The notes under the pieces were generated by a model. It was not told where the DNA came from. It searched no databases and saw nothing but the letters and a program-made list of their open reading frames with translations. Positions 1 through 10,426 of a DNA stretch of 64,000 bases are shown piece after piece. Each line of letters opens with the position of its first letter. The stretch's first letter is position 1. The stretch is from NCBI GenBank assembly GCA_964528475.1, contig CAZGSX010000002.1, forward strand, positions 5,641 through 69,640, given 5' to 3'. Source of the stretch: an uncultured Anaerolineales bacterium. GTDB lineage: Bacteria; Chloroflexota; Anaerolineae; B4-G1. The position numbers and the translations under genes were made by a program.

Positions 1-1
1 A

Positions 2-493
2 TACCGCACCGGCGTGGGTTTCAAGTATGTGGGGCCGAAGATGATAGAGACAGACGCCATGATCGGCGGGGAGGAAAGTGGGGGCTACGCTTTCGGTGAC
101 AGCATCCCCGAGCGTGATGGCATCCTGGGCAACCTCTGTTTCTTGGACCTCATGGTGGAGACGGGCAAATCGCCGGCCCAGCTCGTCGATCACTTGTACG
201 ACGTGCTGGGGGCGTCCTACTACTACGATCGTGTGGACACACGGTTCCCGGACGAGAAGCGTCCAGAGGCTAGAGCGCGGCTGGACGCCGCGGAGCCCAA
301 GACGCTCGCGGGTCTTGAGGTCACAGAGATCGTGACCATCGACGGGTACAAGTTCGAGCTTGAGGACGGGGGTTGGCTGCTGGTACGCTTCTCGGGTACC
401 GAACCTGTAATCCGCGTCTATTGCGAGACCACGGACGAGGAGAAGGTGAAGCCGCTCTTGAATGAGGGACTGGAGTTGGCCGGCCTGGCATAA
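2..493 (+). CDS. phosphomannomutase/phosphoglucomutase, C-terminal fragment (gene starts upstream of the window)
   Basis: The open frame runs off the window's 5-prime end. The C-terminal alpha-D-phosphohexomutase signature GSEPVIRVYCE is present. Confidence 0.8.
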   Translation, partial: YRTGVGFKYVGPKMIETDAMIGGEESGGYAFGDSIPERDGILGNLCFLDLMVETGKSPAQLVDHLYDVLGASYYYDRVDTRFPDEKRPEARARLDAAEPKTLAGLEVTEIVTIDGYKFELEDGGWLLVRFSGTEPVIRVYCETTDEEKVKPLLNEGLELAGLA

Positions 494-496
494 CCT

Positions 497-1267
497 ATGG
501 CTCTCATCGATTCCCACGCCCACTTGCATTTCCCACAGTTTGACGACGACCGCGAGGCGGCCATTGAGCGAGCAAGAGATGCGGGCCTGGTAGGGCTTAT
601 TAATGTCGGCACGGACATCGCGACCAGTCGTTCGTCCGTACAGCTTGCGGAGACACACGATTTTATCTACGCCGCGGTAGGCATCCACCCTCACGACGCT
701 GAGACTGGCACCCCCGCGGCTTTGGATCAGTTGCGCGAGCTGGCCCACCATCCCAAGGTGGTCGCCGTCGGTGAGATCGGGCTTGACTATTATCGCGACT
801 ACTCACCCAGGGCGAAGCAGCGTCAGGCCTTCCACGACCAGCTTCAGCTGGCTGCAGAACTGGGCTATCCCGTCGTGATTCACAGTCGAAATGCCCACGA
901 CGACGTGTTAGAGATGTTGGAGGACTGGCCGGGAACTGGCGTACTGCACACGTACGCGGGGGGACCCTCGCGGCTGGACAGGGTGATGGATACGGGCTTC
1001 TACATCGGCATCTCGGGACCTATCACGTACGCGAAGGCAGACGACTTGCGCACGGTAGCCGGGAAAGTGCCCCATAATCGTCTGCTGATTGAGACCGATT
1101 GCCCCTATCTGGCCCCAGTGCCGCATCGAGGAAAACGAAATGAGCCGGCTTTCGTCAGGATCGTGGCTGAAGCGGTCGCACAAGCGCGAGGCGAGTCAGT
1201 GGAGCGGGTTGTCGCTGCCACAGAGGAGAACACCCGTCGCCTGTTTGGCCTTCCCAGCCTGCCCTGA
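497..1267 (+). CDS. TatD-family metal-dependent hydrolase (DNase)
   Basis: N-terminal SHAHL(HF) motif and a conserved metal-binding His/Asp/Glu pattern. Length 256 aa. Packed 4 nt after the preceding gene. Confidence 0.85.
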   Translation: MALIDSHAHLHFPQFDDDREAAIERARDAGLVGLINVGTDIATSRSSVQLAETHDFIYAAVGIHPHDAETGTPAALDQLRELAHHPKVVAVGEIGLDYYRDYSPRAKQRQAFHDQLQLAAELGYPVVIHSRNAHDDVLEMLEDWPGTGVLHTYAGGPSRLDRVMDTGFYIGISGPITYAKADDLRTVAGKVPHNRLLIETDCPYLAPVPHRGKRNEPAFVRIVAEAVAQARGESVERVVAATEENTRRLFGLPSLP

Positions 1268-1294
1268 GGTGACAGGACTAACAGGGGTATTCTA

Positions 1295-2260
1295 TTGATT
1301 GATCGTTCCTACCTGGATCCGGTTCGTGGTGAGCTGGCAAGAGTGGAGGCCGTGCTCAGCGTGCACCCGCCGGAGGAGCACAGGGCCATCAGCGGTGCCG
1401 TCGATCACCTGATCACCGGTGGCGGCAAGCGACTGCGCCCCGTGATTGTCCTTCTGTCAGCCCATCTCTGCGACGCGCCCCTGGACCAGGCGGTTCTGGC
1501 AGCGGCGGCCACCGAGATGCTGCACACAGCAACGCTCGTTCACGACGACTTGATCGACGGCTCGCTGATCCGTCGCGGGGTGGAGACTCTCAACGCCAAC
1601 TGGACTCCCGCGGCCACCATTCTCACAGGGGATTATGTCTTCGCGCGCGCGGCTTACCTGGTGACCCGGACAGGAAGCCTGCGACTAACCCAGCGTTTCA
1701 CCGAGACGCTGATGGTCATCTGCAACGGCGAGATACGCCAGGTGTTCGACGGGTCGCCCAGTCAAAGCACATTGGAATCCTACAGAGATCGTATCTACGC
1801 GAAGACCGCCTCCCTGATCGCACTCTCTGCCGAGGCCGGCCCTATCCTGGGGGGCGCACAGCAGGGGGAAGAGCAAGCCCTGCGGAGGTACGGTGAACAG
1901 ATCGGCTTGGCTTTCCAGATTATGGACGACGTCCTAGATTTCATAGCGAATGAAGATACTTTGGGGAAGCCAGTCGGCAGCGATCTCCGACAGGGCCTGG
2001 CAACATTGCCGGTCCTGCTCTACCTCGATACGGATAGCCGTTCCACGGCCGTCGGACGGGTGCTGAGCGGCGATCGGTCTGAACAACTCGTGCACGAAGC
2101 TGTGCAGGCCGTGATCGCATCGCCGGCCATTGATGAAGCGATGGCGATCGCGACCCGGCACGCGCAATCAGCCAAGGCAGCCTTGGAAGGATTTGAGAGC
2201 AGCGCCTATCGGACAGCCCTACTCGACCTCGCTGATTTCACTGTCAACCGTCGCTTCTAA
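1295..2260 (+). CDS. polyprenyl diphosphate synthase (trans-isoprenyl diphosphate synthase family)
   Basis: Two Asp-rich motifs (LVHDDLID and FQIMDDVLDF). TTG start preceded by AGGGGT. Confidence 0.85.
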   Translation: MIDRSYLDPVRGELARVEAVLSVHPPEEHRAISGAVDHLITGGGKRLRPVIVLLSAHLCDAPLDQAVLAAAATEMLHTATLVHDDLIDGSLIRRGVETLNANWTPAATILTGDYVFARAAYLVTRTGSLRLTQRFTETLMVICNGEIRQVFDGSPSQSTLESYRDRIYAKTASLIALSAEAGPILGGAQQGEEQALRRYGEQIGLAFQIMDDVLDFIANEDTLGKPVGSDLRQGLATLPVLLYLDTDSRSTAVGRVLSGDRSEQLVHEAVQAVIASPAIDEAMAIATRHAQSAKAALEGFESSAYRTALLDLADFTVNRRF

Positions 2261-2312
2261 CCCCCTTCCTCCTGCTCCTGACAGACAGGGCGCCACTGAT
2301 ACTATCAAGCGA

Positions 2313-3314
2313 ATGATCGATCTCTCTATCGTCATCGTCAGTTGGAACGTCCGGGATCTCCTACAACGTTGTCTCCACTCCATCTATGCGGACCGAGAAG
2401 ACGGGGGAGGCACGGGCGGGAACACTAAGCTGGAAGTGATCGTTGTCGACAACGCCTCGGTGGACGGAAGCTGTGAGATGGTGAGACAGGCTTTCCCCAG
2501 CGTTAGACTAATCGCCAACGCAAGCAACAAGGGATTCCCTGCAGCTAACAACCAGGGAATCACTATGGCGCGGGGTCGGTACGTACTGCTGCTCAATCCC
2601 GATACAGAGATCGTAGGCGCTGCGTTGAGCAAGCTCGTTGAGTTCGCCGATCAGCATCCAGACATCGGGGTCATTGGACCGCAGCTACTCAACCCTGACG
2701 GGAGCATCCAGTCGTCCCGTCGGCGCTTTCCCACTTTGGTCACGGCGTTCATCGAGTCGTCCTGGCTGCAGCCGACCATCGAGGACTTGCAGTCCTCCTC
2801 CCTGATGAGTCCTCTTGCTGGGCCGTTCTCCCAGGCCCTGGAACGGTACTACGTCGCCGATCAGCCTGAGGACGTCGTCCAAGATGTCGACTGGGTAACG
2901 GGAGCCGCCATGCTTGTTCGGTGGGAGGCCATCGATGACGTCGGCATAATGGACGAAGGATTCTTCATGTATTCCGAGGAGCTTGACTGGTGCAAGCGCT
3001 TCCGGGAGGCCAACTGGCGGGTGGTGTACGTGCCTGCGGCAAAGATCGTGCATCACGTTGGCCAGAGCAGCGACCAAGTCGTGGCTGCACGCCACATCCA
3101 TTTTCAGACGAGCAAAGTCCGCTACTTCCACAAGCATCACGGACCTCTGGTGGCGGCGGGGTTGCGCTGGTACCTATTGACGAACTACGCCTGCCAGCTG
3201 ACCCTCGAGGGCATCAAGTGGCTCGTGGGGCATAAGCGCCCGCTCCGGGCCGAACGGGCCAGAGCATATCTTCGTGTGTTGGCCTCCGGGCTCCGGCGCC
3301 GGACACAGGACTAA
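2313..3314 (+). CDS. family 2 glycosyltransferase
   Basis: Pattern 'LSIVIVSWN...VIVVDNASVDGS' plus DxD-type motifs. Start placed at the internal ATG (MIDLSIV) because the longer ORF would overlap the upstream gene. Confidence 0.8.
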   Translation: MIDLSIVIVSWNVRDLLQRCLHSIYADREDGGGTGGNTKLEVIVVDNASVDGSCEMVRQAFPSVRLIANASNKGFPAANNQGITMARGRYVLLLNPDTEIVGAALSKLVEFADQHPDIGVIGPQLLNPDGSIQSSRRRFPTLVTAFIESSWLQPTIEDLQSSSLMSPLAGPFSQALERYYVADQPEDVVQDVDWVTGAAMLVRWEAIDDVGIMDEGFFMYSEELDWCKRFREANWRVVYVPAAKIVHHVGQSSDQVVAARHIHFQTSKVRYFHKHHGPLVAAGLRWYLLTNYACQLTLEGIKWLVGHKRPLRAERARAYLRVLASGLRRRTQD

Positions 3315-3316
3315 CC

Positions 3317-4501
3317 ATGCGTATCGGACTGATCACGGGCGAGTATCCCCCAGATCGGGGGGGAGTCGGGGACTTCACGCACCATTTGGGACGCTCGCTG
3401 TCGACTCTCGACCACGAGGTGCACGTGCTAACGTCTGTTCCACAGAGCCACACCGAGGCACAAGAGCCGTCTCGGCCCACTGGTACAGCAAGGGGGGTCT
3501 CTGTACACCGGGTGCTGGAGGATTGGGGGTTTGGCTGTTGGCGACGGATCCTCGCCTGGTCGCGCAGTCTGGAGCTTGATGTCTTGGACATCCAGTACCA
3601 GGCCGCCGCGTACGCGATGCATCCAGCCATCAACTTCGTGCCCCGTCGCCGGCGTCGACCAATATTGGCGGTGACGTTCCACGACCTTAAGGTCCCCTAC
3701 CTATTCCCCAAAGCAGGACCGCTGCGCCGCTGGATGGTGTACCTGTTGGCTCGCCGCGCGGACGGGGTGATCGTCACCAACCGCGAAGATCAACTGACGC
3801 TATCAGACCTCAAACCTTTGCCCGCCAACCTGGCGCGCATACCCATCGGCAGCAACATTCCGCTCCATCTGCCACGCGACTACGATCGTGCCGTCGAGCG
3901 AGCAAATCGGGGGGTGGGACGCGACGACATCCTACTGGGGTACTTCGGTTTCCTTAACCAGAGTAAGGGCGGCGAGACATTGATCGAGATGCTCCACCTG
4001 CTAGTAGAGGAGGGGATGCCAGCGCACCTGCTTAAGATCGGTGGGCGGGCCGGCAGTTCGGATCCGACGAACCGAGCTTATGCGGACAGAATAGACGCAC
4101 TGATCGCCACATACGGCCTCCAAGAGCGCGTCCACTGGACAGGGTACGTCCGTGCTGAAGAAGTCTCCGCCAGCTTGATGGCGGTCGACCTGTGCGTGCT
4201 GCCTTACCGGGACGGGGTCTCATTCCGCCGTGGGAGCTTGCTCGCTTGCCTGACGCACGAGCGGGCGATCATCACGACACGGCCAGCAGTTGCTCTACCT
4301 GAGGTAAAGAACGGGGAGAACATGCTTATGGTAGAGCCAGAGAACTCTACTGCCTTGGCACGGGCAGTGAGACAAGTCGTGAGTGACCCGACGGCCCAGG
4401 CCCAGCTAGAGGCTGGAGCGAGATCACTGGCATCCCACTTCACCTGGGATCAGATCGCGACGCGCACGGTGCAGTTCTTCGACGCACTGCTGGGGAGTTA
4501 G
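3317..4501 (+). CDS. family 4 (GT-B) glycosyltransferase
   Basis: N-terminal 'MRIGLITGEYPPDRGGVG' typical of GT4/RfaG-like enzymes. A C-terminal E-x7-E-like region. Starts 3 nt after the GT2 gene. Confidence 0.8.
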   Translation: MRIGLITGEYPPDRGGVGDFTHHLGRSLSTLDHEVHVLTSVPQSHTEAQEPSRPTGTARGVSVHRVLEDWGFGCWRRILAWSRSLELDVLDIQYQAAAYAMHPAINFVPRRRRRPILAVTFHDLKVPYLFPKAGPLRRWMVYLLARRADGVIVTNREDQLTLSDLKPLPANLARIPIGSNIPLHLPRDYDRAVERANRGVGRDDILLGYFGFLNQSKGGETLIEMLHLLVEEGMPAHLLKIGGRAGSSDPTNRAYADRIDALIATYGLQERVHWTGYVRAEEVSASLMAVDLCVLPYRDGVSFRRGSLLACLTHERAIITTRPAVALPEVKNGENMLMVEPENSTALARAVRQVVSDPTAQAQLEAGARSLASHFTWDQIATRTVQFFDALLGS

Positions 4502-4504
4502 GCC

Positions 4505-6901
4505 ATGGGTGAGCGGCTGGAGTGCGGACTGCTGATCAGCATTCTGGTGGCCTTCGTTGTCCTGAGCACGGCCTACAGCGTGTTGGTGCCGCCCTTCGAG
4601 GCGTCGGATGAACTGTGGCATTATCCGATGGTCAAGCACATCGCCGACAACTGGTCCTTACCGGTGCAGGACCCAGCGAACGTCGGGCCGTGGCGGCAGG
4701 AAGGAAGTCAGCCTCCTCTGTACTACGTGCTTGGTGCGGTATGCACCTTCTGGATTGACACGTCGGATATGGAGGAGGTGCGTCATCTGAATCCTCATGC
4801 GGATAGCGGCATGGCAACACCGGATGGGAACGTCAATCTGGTAGTCCACCGGCCCGAACGTGAGGCTTTCCCCTGGCGCGGCACGGTGCTAGCCGTGCAC
4901 GTGGTCCGCTTTCTGTCCATCGCGCTGGCAACAGTCGGCGTCGCCCTCACCTACTTCATTGTCCGGGAGATCTTCCCAGGGAGCTCGGGGCTGGCGTTGG
5001 GGGCGACGGCGCTCCATGCCTTCACGCCGATGGTGGTCTTCATCGCCGGCTCAGTGAACAACGACAACTTGGTGGTTCCGGTGAGCAGCCTGGCACTGCT
5101 GATGCTGCTGCGACTGGTCCGACCGGGCACCACGGAGACCGAGACCTCGATCCAGCAATTGGGCCTTCAGTACTTGCCCTTGGGCATCATCCTGGGCCTG
5201 GCCGCCCTGACAAAGGCCAGCTCGCTGGCCTTGACGCTTTTGACCGCCCTGGTCGTAGTGGTGCGAGCGGTACGGCGGCGCTCAAGGGGTTCCAGGGAGG
5301 CCTGCCAGGAGTTCTTTGTGGGGGGGCTGGCTTCCCTGTTGCCGGTGCTCGCGATAGCTGGTTGGTGGTATATGCGCAACCTGCGCCTCTATGGAGATCT
5401 GACGGGGCTCAATGTGTTCATTGAGATCCTGGGACAGCGCGAGGTGCCGGCAAGCCTGGCGCAGCTGTGGCGAGAACGATACAGTTTTCTGGCAGGCTAT
5501 TGGGGCAATTTCGGGGGGCTCAACGTACCCATGCCGTCCTGGGTCTACCGCACCCTGAACACCTGCCTAGTGGTCGCTGCAATCGGACTGGTAGGCATCT
5601 TCGCGAACTCGCTTCTCGAAACGGTCAAAGCTCCCACGACAGACGGAGAGCCGGCGTCGGCGGCGACGGGGGGGGGCATCCTCTCCGTGGACCGCAGCGA
5701 TCCAGCCGGTCGGAATCGGGGGCCGCGCAATGCCCTGCAAACGGCAATCTGTCTGCTCTGGGGTCTGGGCGTCCTTATTCCCTGGATCCAGTGGGCCCGC
5801 GTCACGTGGTCCTCCCAAGGCAGGCTTCTGTTCGCGGCTCTGCCCACGTGGTCGTTGCTGCTGACTCTGGGGTTGGGCGCCTGGTTACCCAGGCGGCTCT
5901 GGGTTGGGTCGCGGATCTCCGCGCCCCCACCGGTGGCGCTCCTGGCCCTGTTCCTGCTGGGGCTCTCCGCAGCAGCCCCCTTCGCGTGGATCAAACCCGC
6001 TTATGCGTTACCCGGCCAGCTCAGCGATGCAGAGGTACGACGAATTCCCCACCAGACGCACACTGAATTCGGTGGTACGATGAAGCTCCTAGGGTACGAG
6101 TTGGAGGAGACGGCGAAAGCGCCCGGCGAGGAGATCGAGGTGACCCTGTTCTGGGAAGCTCTGGCACCCACAGAGGAAGATCACGTCGTCTTCGTGCACC
6201 TTCTGGACCAACACGAGTTAGTCGTCGCTCAGCGAGACACCTTACCCGGTCTGGGGCTACTGTCCACTACTTGGCTGGATCCCGGCTATCGCTGGGCGGA
6301 TCGATATCTGATCCCTGTGCCCGCTACCGCCTATAGGCCCAATCGAGCTGAGATCCAGGTCGGGCTCTTCAACAGCCAGACGGATCAGCGATTGACGGTG
6401 GTGAATGAAGCCGGGGCGCCGATAGGCGATAACGTCCGTTTCGGCCAAGTCAGCGTTCGGGCCGAGCCAGGGGACGGGGCGAATCCAGTGAACATCAACT
6501 TCGGTGGTCGCATGATCTTGAGCGGGTACGATCTCTCTGAACGGGCGGTGCAAGCTGGTGAAACGGTCACGCTTACCCTTCGTTGGGAAGCCTTGGAGGC
6601 GATGAATGAGAACTACACCGTGTCAGCCCAGCTGATTGACCGCTCGCAACGCAAGGCGGCGCAGCATGACGGTTGGCCTCAAGACGGAGCTGCTCCCACG
6701 GGAACCTGGCAGCGAGGAGAAGCTATCGACGATACAATCCCTCTGACCATCTTCCCGGACGCCGAACCCGGTCCGTACCGACTGCGCATTGCGGTGTACG
6801 TGCACGAAGAGGCAGAGCTCAGACATCTCCCCGTAACACCGGCCGGGGGGCAGATGCAGACGAGCGCCATCGAACTCACAGGAGTGAGGGTCTTGCCGTA
6901 G
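4505..6901 (+). CDS. GT-C fold glycosyltransferase (PMT/ArnT-like, polyprenyl-phosphate-sugar dependent) with a tandemly duplicated C-terminal domain
   Basis: Multi-TM N-terminal half with an early acidic loop (FEASDELWHYP), as in GT39/ArnT enzymes. The C-terminal 270 aa consist of two homologous repeats of about 110 aa (MKLLGYELEE... and MILSGYDLSE...). Confidence 0.6.
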   Translation: MGERLECGLLISILVAFVVLSTAYSVLVPPFEASDELWHYPMVKHIADNWSLPVQDPANVGPWRQEGSQPPLYYVLGAVCTFWIDTSDMEEVRHLNPHADSGMATPDGNVNLVVHRPEREAFPWRGTVLAVHVVRFLSIALATVGVALTYFIVREIFPGSSGLALGATALHAFTPMVVFIAGSVNNDNLVVPVSSLALLMLLRLVRPGTTETETSIQQLGLQYLPLGIILGLAALTKASSLALTLLTALVVVVRAVRRRSRGSREACQEFFVGGLASLLPVLAIAGWWYMRNLRLYGDLTGLNVFIEILGQREVPASLAQLWRERYSFLAGYWGNFGGLNVPMPSWVYRTLNTCLVVAAIGLVGIFANSLLETVKAPTTDGEPASAATGGGILSVDRSDPAGRNRGPRNALQTAICLLWGLGVLIPWIQWARVTWSSQGRLLFAALPTWSLLLTLGLGAWLPRRLWVGSRISAPPPVALLALFLLGLSAAAPFAWIKPAYALPGQLSDAEVRRIPHQTHTEFGGTMKLLGYELEETAKAPGEEIEVTLFWEALAPTEEDHVVFVHLLDQHELVVAQRDTLPGLGLLSTTWLDPGYRWADRYLIPVPATAYRPNRAEIQVGLFNSQTDQRLTVVNEAGAPIGDNVRFGQVSVRAEPGDGANPVNINFGGRMILSGYDLSERAVQAGETVTLTLRWEALEAMNENYTVSAQLIDRSQRKAAQHDGWPQDGAAPTGTWQRGEAIDDTIPLTIFPDAEPGPYRLRIAVYVHEEAELRHLPVTPAGGQMQTSAIELTGVRVLP

Positions 6902-7389
6902 GCGCGTGTTGCGTCTGCCCAATAGAGGTGCCTGTACCCCCGCAGCAAGGGAACGCCGCGGGAACCTAGATCCCCAACTTCCCCCGAAGCTCAACGCTCA
7001 GTCCTATCATCGCCCTTCTCACACGTCTCCCGCGCCGTCTCCCGGCGCCAGGTCAGGGGATGTGAGCGGTGACGGCTCCACCACTTGACCGAACGATCAG
7101 AATCTGTGACAATACGGATATCGACAGCGAGAATCCGAGTCCAGGCCGCCGAGCGAGAAGCGCGCTGTCACGATGTGCCATAGGGGGTCGGCGAGCCCCT
7201 CAAGGGACTGTGCGAGTTGGGTCCATGGGCCAGCGATCGGGTCGCTCGGACCGTCTCTGGTGAGGACAGGCCCGTCGAGCAAGCTCGCGGCCCCGCCGTG
7301 CACCACTACCGGGTGCTCCAGGACACCCCCCGCCTGACGCCGTCGAGTTGCCAGGGTAGGCTACGACTCTATCGAGGGAACGGAATACA

Positions 7390-8157
7390 ATGAGACAATT
7401 GAACCAGGAACCAGCGACTATGAGCCTTCAGCAGCAGATCGCCGACTGGCTGGCAGACTACGCGACCAGAGCTGGCGCTGATGGGTACGTGATTGGCCTG
7501 AGCGGGGGCGTCGACTCGGCCACAGCAGCAGCGCTCGCGGTCCAGGCCGTGGGACCCAAGTCCGTGCTGGCGGCCATTCTCCCCTGCCACTCCCCCCCAG
7601 GGGACGCGGTGCTGGCGAAGCGTGTGGCCGCGGCACTGGATGTGGCCATCACCACGGTCAGGCTCGATGAAGTCTTCGACGAGATGATACATAGGTTGCC
7701 GCCGACTGATCATCGGCTGGCAGCAGCCAACGTCAAACCCCGGCTGCGGATGACGGCTCTGTACTATCTAGCCCAGAGCAACAACTACCTGGTGGTCGGC
7801 GGGAGCAACCGAAGTGAGAGAATGGTCGGGTACTTCACGAAATACGGTGACGGAGGCGCAGACGTGCTCCCACTGGGCGATCTCTACAAGACCGAGGTAT
7901 GGGAGCTCGCTCGTGAACTGGGCCTCCCCGCCGAGGTGGTGGAACGCCCACCATCGGCGGGCCTCTGGCCCGGACAGAGGGACGAGGATGAACTGGGCAT
8001 CACCTATGAGACGCTGGATCGTGTCCTAGCCGCTATCGCCGCTGATGATACCGATGACATTCCTGCACCCACACTGAGGAAGGTAGAACGGATGATCGCC
8101 AGCTCAGCGCACAAGCGGACAATGCCCCACGTCTTTGAACGTCGACGGGAACAATAG
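7390..8157 (+). CDS. nadE: NH3-dependent NAD+ synthetase
   Basis: PP-loop 'GLSGGVDSA' and typical NadE length. The ATG at 7420 is an alternative start. Confidence 0.85.
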   Translation: MRQLNQEPATMSLQQQIADWLADYATRAGADGYVIGLSGGVDSATAAALAVQAVGPKSVLAAILPCHSPPGDAVLAKRVAAALDVAITTVRLDEVFDEMIHRLPPTDHRLAAANVKPRLRMTALYYLAQSNNYLVVGGSNRSERMVGYFTKYGDGGADVLPLGDLYKTEVWELARELGLPAEVVERPPSAGLWPGQRDEDELGITYETLDRVLAAIAADDTDDIPAPTLRKVERMIASSAHKRTMPHVFERRREQ

Positions 8158-8345
8158 ATTCGCCAGGAGCGCAGATGCCTGGGGCGCAGCACGGTGGGTG
8201 GATCAGCCCGCTCTGCCCACGCGTTTTGGTCTCCTCTTAGACGGCATGGCACGATCAAGCTGTCGAGCGGGTAGCCCGCCTGGTCGCTGCATTAGCGGCG
8301 GGGCATTAGGGTCACCAGACCTCGCCCGAGGGACCGATTGCCAGC

Positions 8346-10128
8346 ATGCCTAACTGGATCACGCGCCGAGTCCTCGACCTGGTCGGGACCAGCACCGATC
8401 TCTACTACCGGCACAAGTATGGGACCCTGGCACGGCATCTGGGTCGACCTAGTGTGCCAGCTGATGACAAACCCGGGTTCATCCTCATCCAGATAGACGG
8501 TCTCTCGTATCGCCACTTCGCAGAGGCAGTGGACAGAGGTGTGATGCCCCACGTCAGTCGCCTATTGAAGTCCGGCGAGCTGTCGGTCGCGCCCTGGCGC
8601 TGCGGCATACCCAGCTCCACGCTGTCGGTGCAGGCGGGCATGATGTTCGGCAATCGTTTCGACATCCCAGGCTTCCGCTGGTATGAGAAGGACCGAGGGA
8701 TTGCGATGACCCCCCATCGCCTGGACCAGATCCGCATAATGAGAGAGCGTATCAGCCAGACAGAGCCCGGCATCCTGCACGGGGGATCGTGCTACGTCAG
8801 CATATTGGACGGTGACGCAGACCTGGCATTATTCACACTCAGCACCCTGGGGCGACACCGATTCTTTGAGAGTATGCGCGGAGTCGGACTCCTGGTGCTC
8901 TTCTTTCTCAACCCCTTCCGGGCGTTACGAGTGATGGGACACTCTCTGGCCGACTATGCACTGCGGCTGGCCCGGCGGATGCGAGCGTTGACCAGAACCT
9001 TCAGGCAGCGGATGAGATCTCGGGTGCTCGGCGCAACATCCGATGAGAGAGCGCCTGTCTCCATCAAGCATCGTATCAGTGTTCTCCTTCCTCTTGTGCA
9101 AGCCATCAGCAAAGCTCTCTTCGTCGAGGTCCAGACCTTCGGCGTCATGGTCGACATCTACCGGCGCGTGCCTGCGATCTACACGGTCTATAACGCCTAT
9201 GACGAAGTGGCGCATGAGCTAGGACCAACCCACCCGATCGCCTTCAAAGTCCTGCGAAGAATAGACAGGCGGATCCGCCAGATCGATCGTATGCGCCTTA
9301 ACTATGAAGAGCGTGAGTACGACCTCTATCTGATGTCCGATCATGGTAACACGTCGGCGATTCCCTTCAGCTGGCAGAACGACACCTCGTTAGGGCAACA
9401 CGTGGTCAGGCAGATTGGGAAGGGGACCTCCCTCGAGGAGGACATCGACCAGCACACTTCTGTGCATAACAGAGCCCGCTACCTCCGTGAGGAACTCCGC
9501 GCACTGGAGAGGAGCGCTGCACCCCCTCTGCGCAGCATGCTGGCCTCTGCTCGACGCTACGTCAGCCGCCATGTGGAGGACCTCCAGGCCCCGAACTATG
9601 ATGTGACGCGACAAGAGGATGTTGTGGTATCCGCCTCAGGGCCGCTGGCGCACATCTACTTCAACGTCAGCCCACGGCCGCTCGACCTAGTCGAGGTGTT
9701 GCTGCTTTATCCTCACGTGTTGAGCGAGCTTGCGACGACAAAGGGCATAGGAGCTATCATAGGTCGACGCGGAGAGCGGACCGTGATCTTGAATGCAGAG
9801 GGGGGGCACTGGAAATCGGCAGTAGTCCGGAGCTTGTAGATCCGCCACATCCGTTAGCACCATACGGGGATGTAGAATACGCCGCCAAGCAGATCCACCG
9901 CCTAGCGCACTTCCCGCATGCCGGCGACCTCATCGTACTGGGCGAGATAACTGAGGAGGGAGATATCATGACCTTTGAGACCCAGATGGCCACTCACGGC
10001 GGTATCGGTGGCCCGCAGAGCGAGCCCTTCATCGCATGGCCCAGCGATCGTGATCTGCAGCCGGATGCACTTAACGACAGTGAGGATCTCTATCGCCTGT
10101 TCATGCGCTACCAGAAGGCAGCTTCGTG
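8346..10128 (+). CDS. alkaline-phosphatase superfamily (type I phosphodiesterase/nucleotide pyrophosphatase-like) protein, frameshifted in this assembly
   Basis: N-terminus 'ILIQIDGLSY' and a candidate nucleophile motif 'PSSTLSVQAGMMFG'. The reading frame stops at 9839, but a different frame continues without an ATG through 'HAGDLIVLGE...MATHGGIGG' to 10128. The two frames meet at a G7 run (9800-9806). One extra G would fuse them. Confidence 0.6.
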
Positions 10129-10353
10129 ACAACAAGCTGGGATTGTGGGGTCTGATGGAGGCAGCGCCGACAGGAGCGGATCGCAAGGGGTCGTCCTTCG
10201 AGCGGAGCCATCAAGCACTGTCGTGATCCCTGGCCAAGCAGTTCTTGACGACAAAAACCCCACCCTTCGGTGCGGTCTGGCAACAGACGCGGCGGACGTC
10301 CTTCGGGGGCCATCTGGATCAAGCGGTACCCAGCGGCTCAAGAGCCAGGCCAG

Positions 10354-10426
10354 TAGCCCCAAGGGGAGTCGAACCCCTGTCGCCGGCTTGAGAGGCCGGT
10401 GTCCTAGTCCACTAGACGATGGGGCC
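10354..10426 (-). tRNA. tRNA-Glu (anticodon CUC)
   Basis: The reverse complement folds as a 73-nt cloverleaf. The T-loop is TTCGACT and the anticodon loop is CUCUCAA. The body is very similar to canonical tRNA-Glu (GNCCCCNUCGUCUAG...GGACACCG). There is an unusual G1-U72 pair and no encoded CCA. Confidence 0.8.

Noticed and set aside
5467-6066. 199-aa and 149-aa alternative-frame ORFs inside the GT-C gene
   Set aside because: These are out-of-frame shadows of a well-supported membrane-protein gene.
7097-7306. 69-aa minus-strand ORF in the 490-bp region upstream of nadE
   Set aside because: Gly/Ala/Pro/Asp-rich noise composition with no RBS or motif. The region is probably just a long promoter/leader.
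10129-10353. Possible small hairpins (CTTCGG-type) between the phosphodiesterase gene and tRNA-Glu
   Set aside because: The stems are only 2-3 bp with mismatches, which is not convincing as terminators or RNA motifs.
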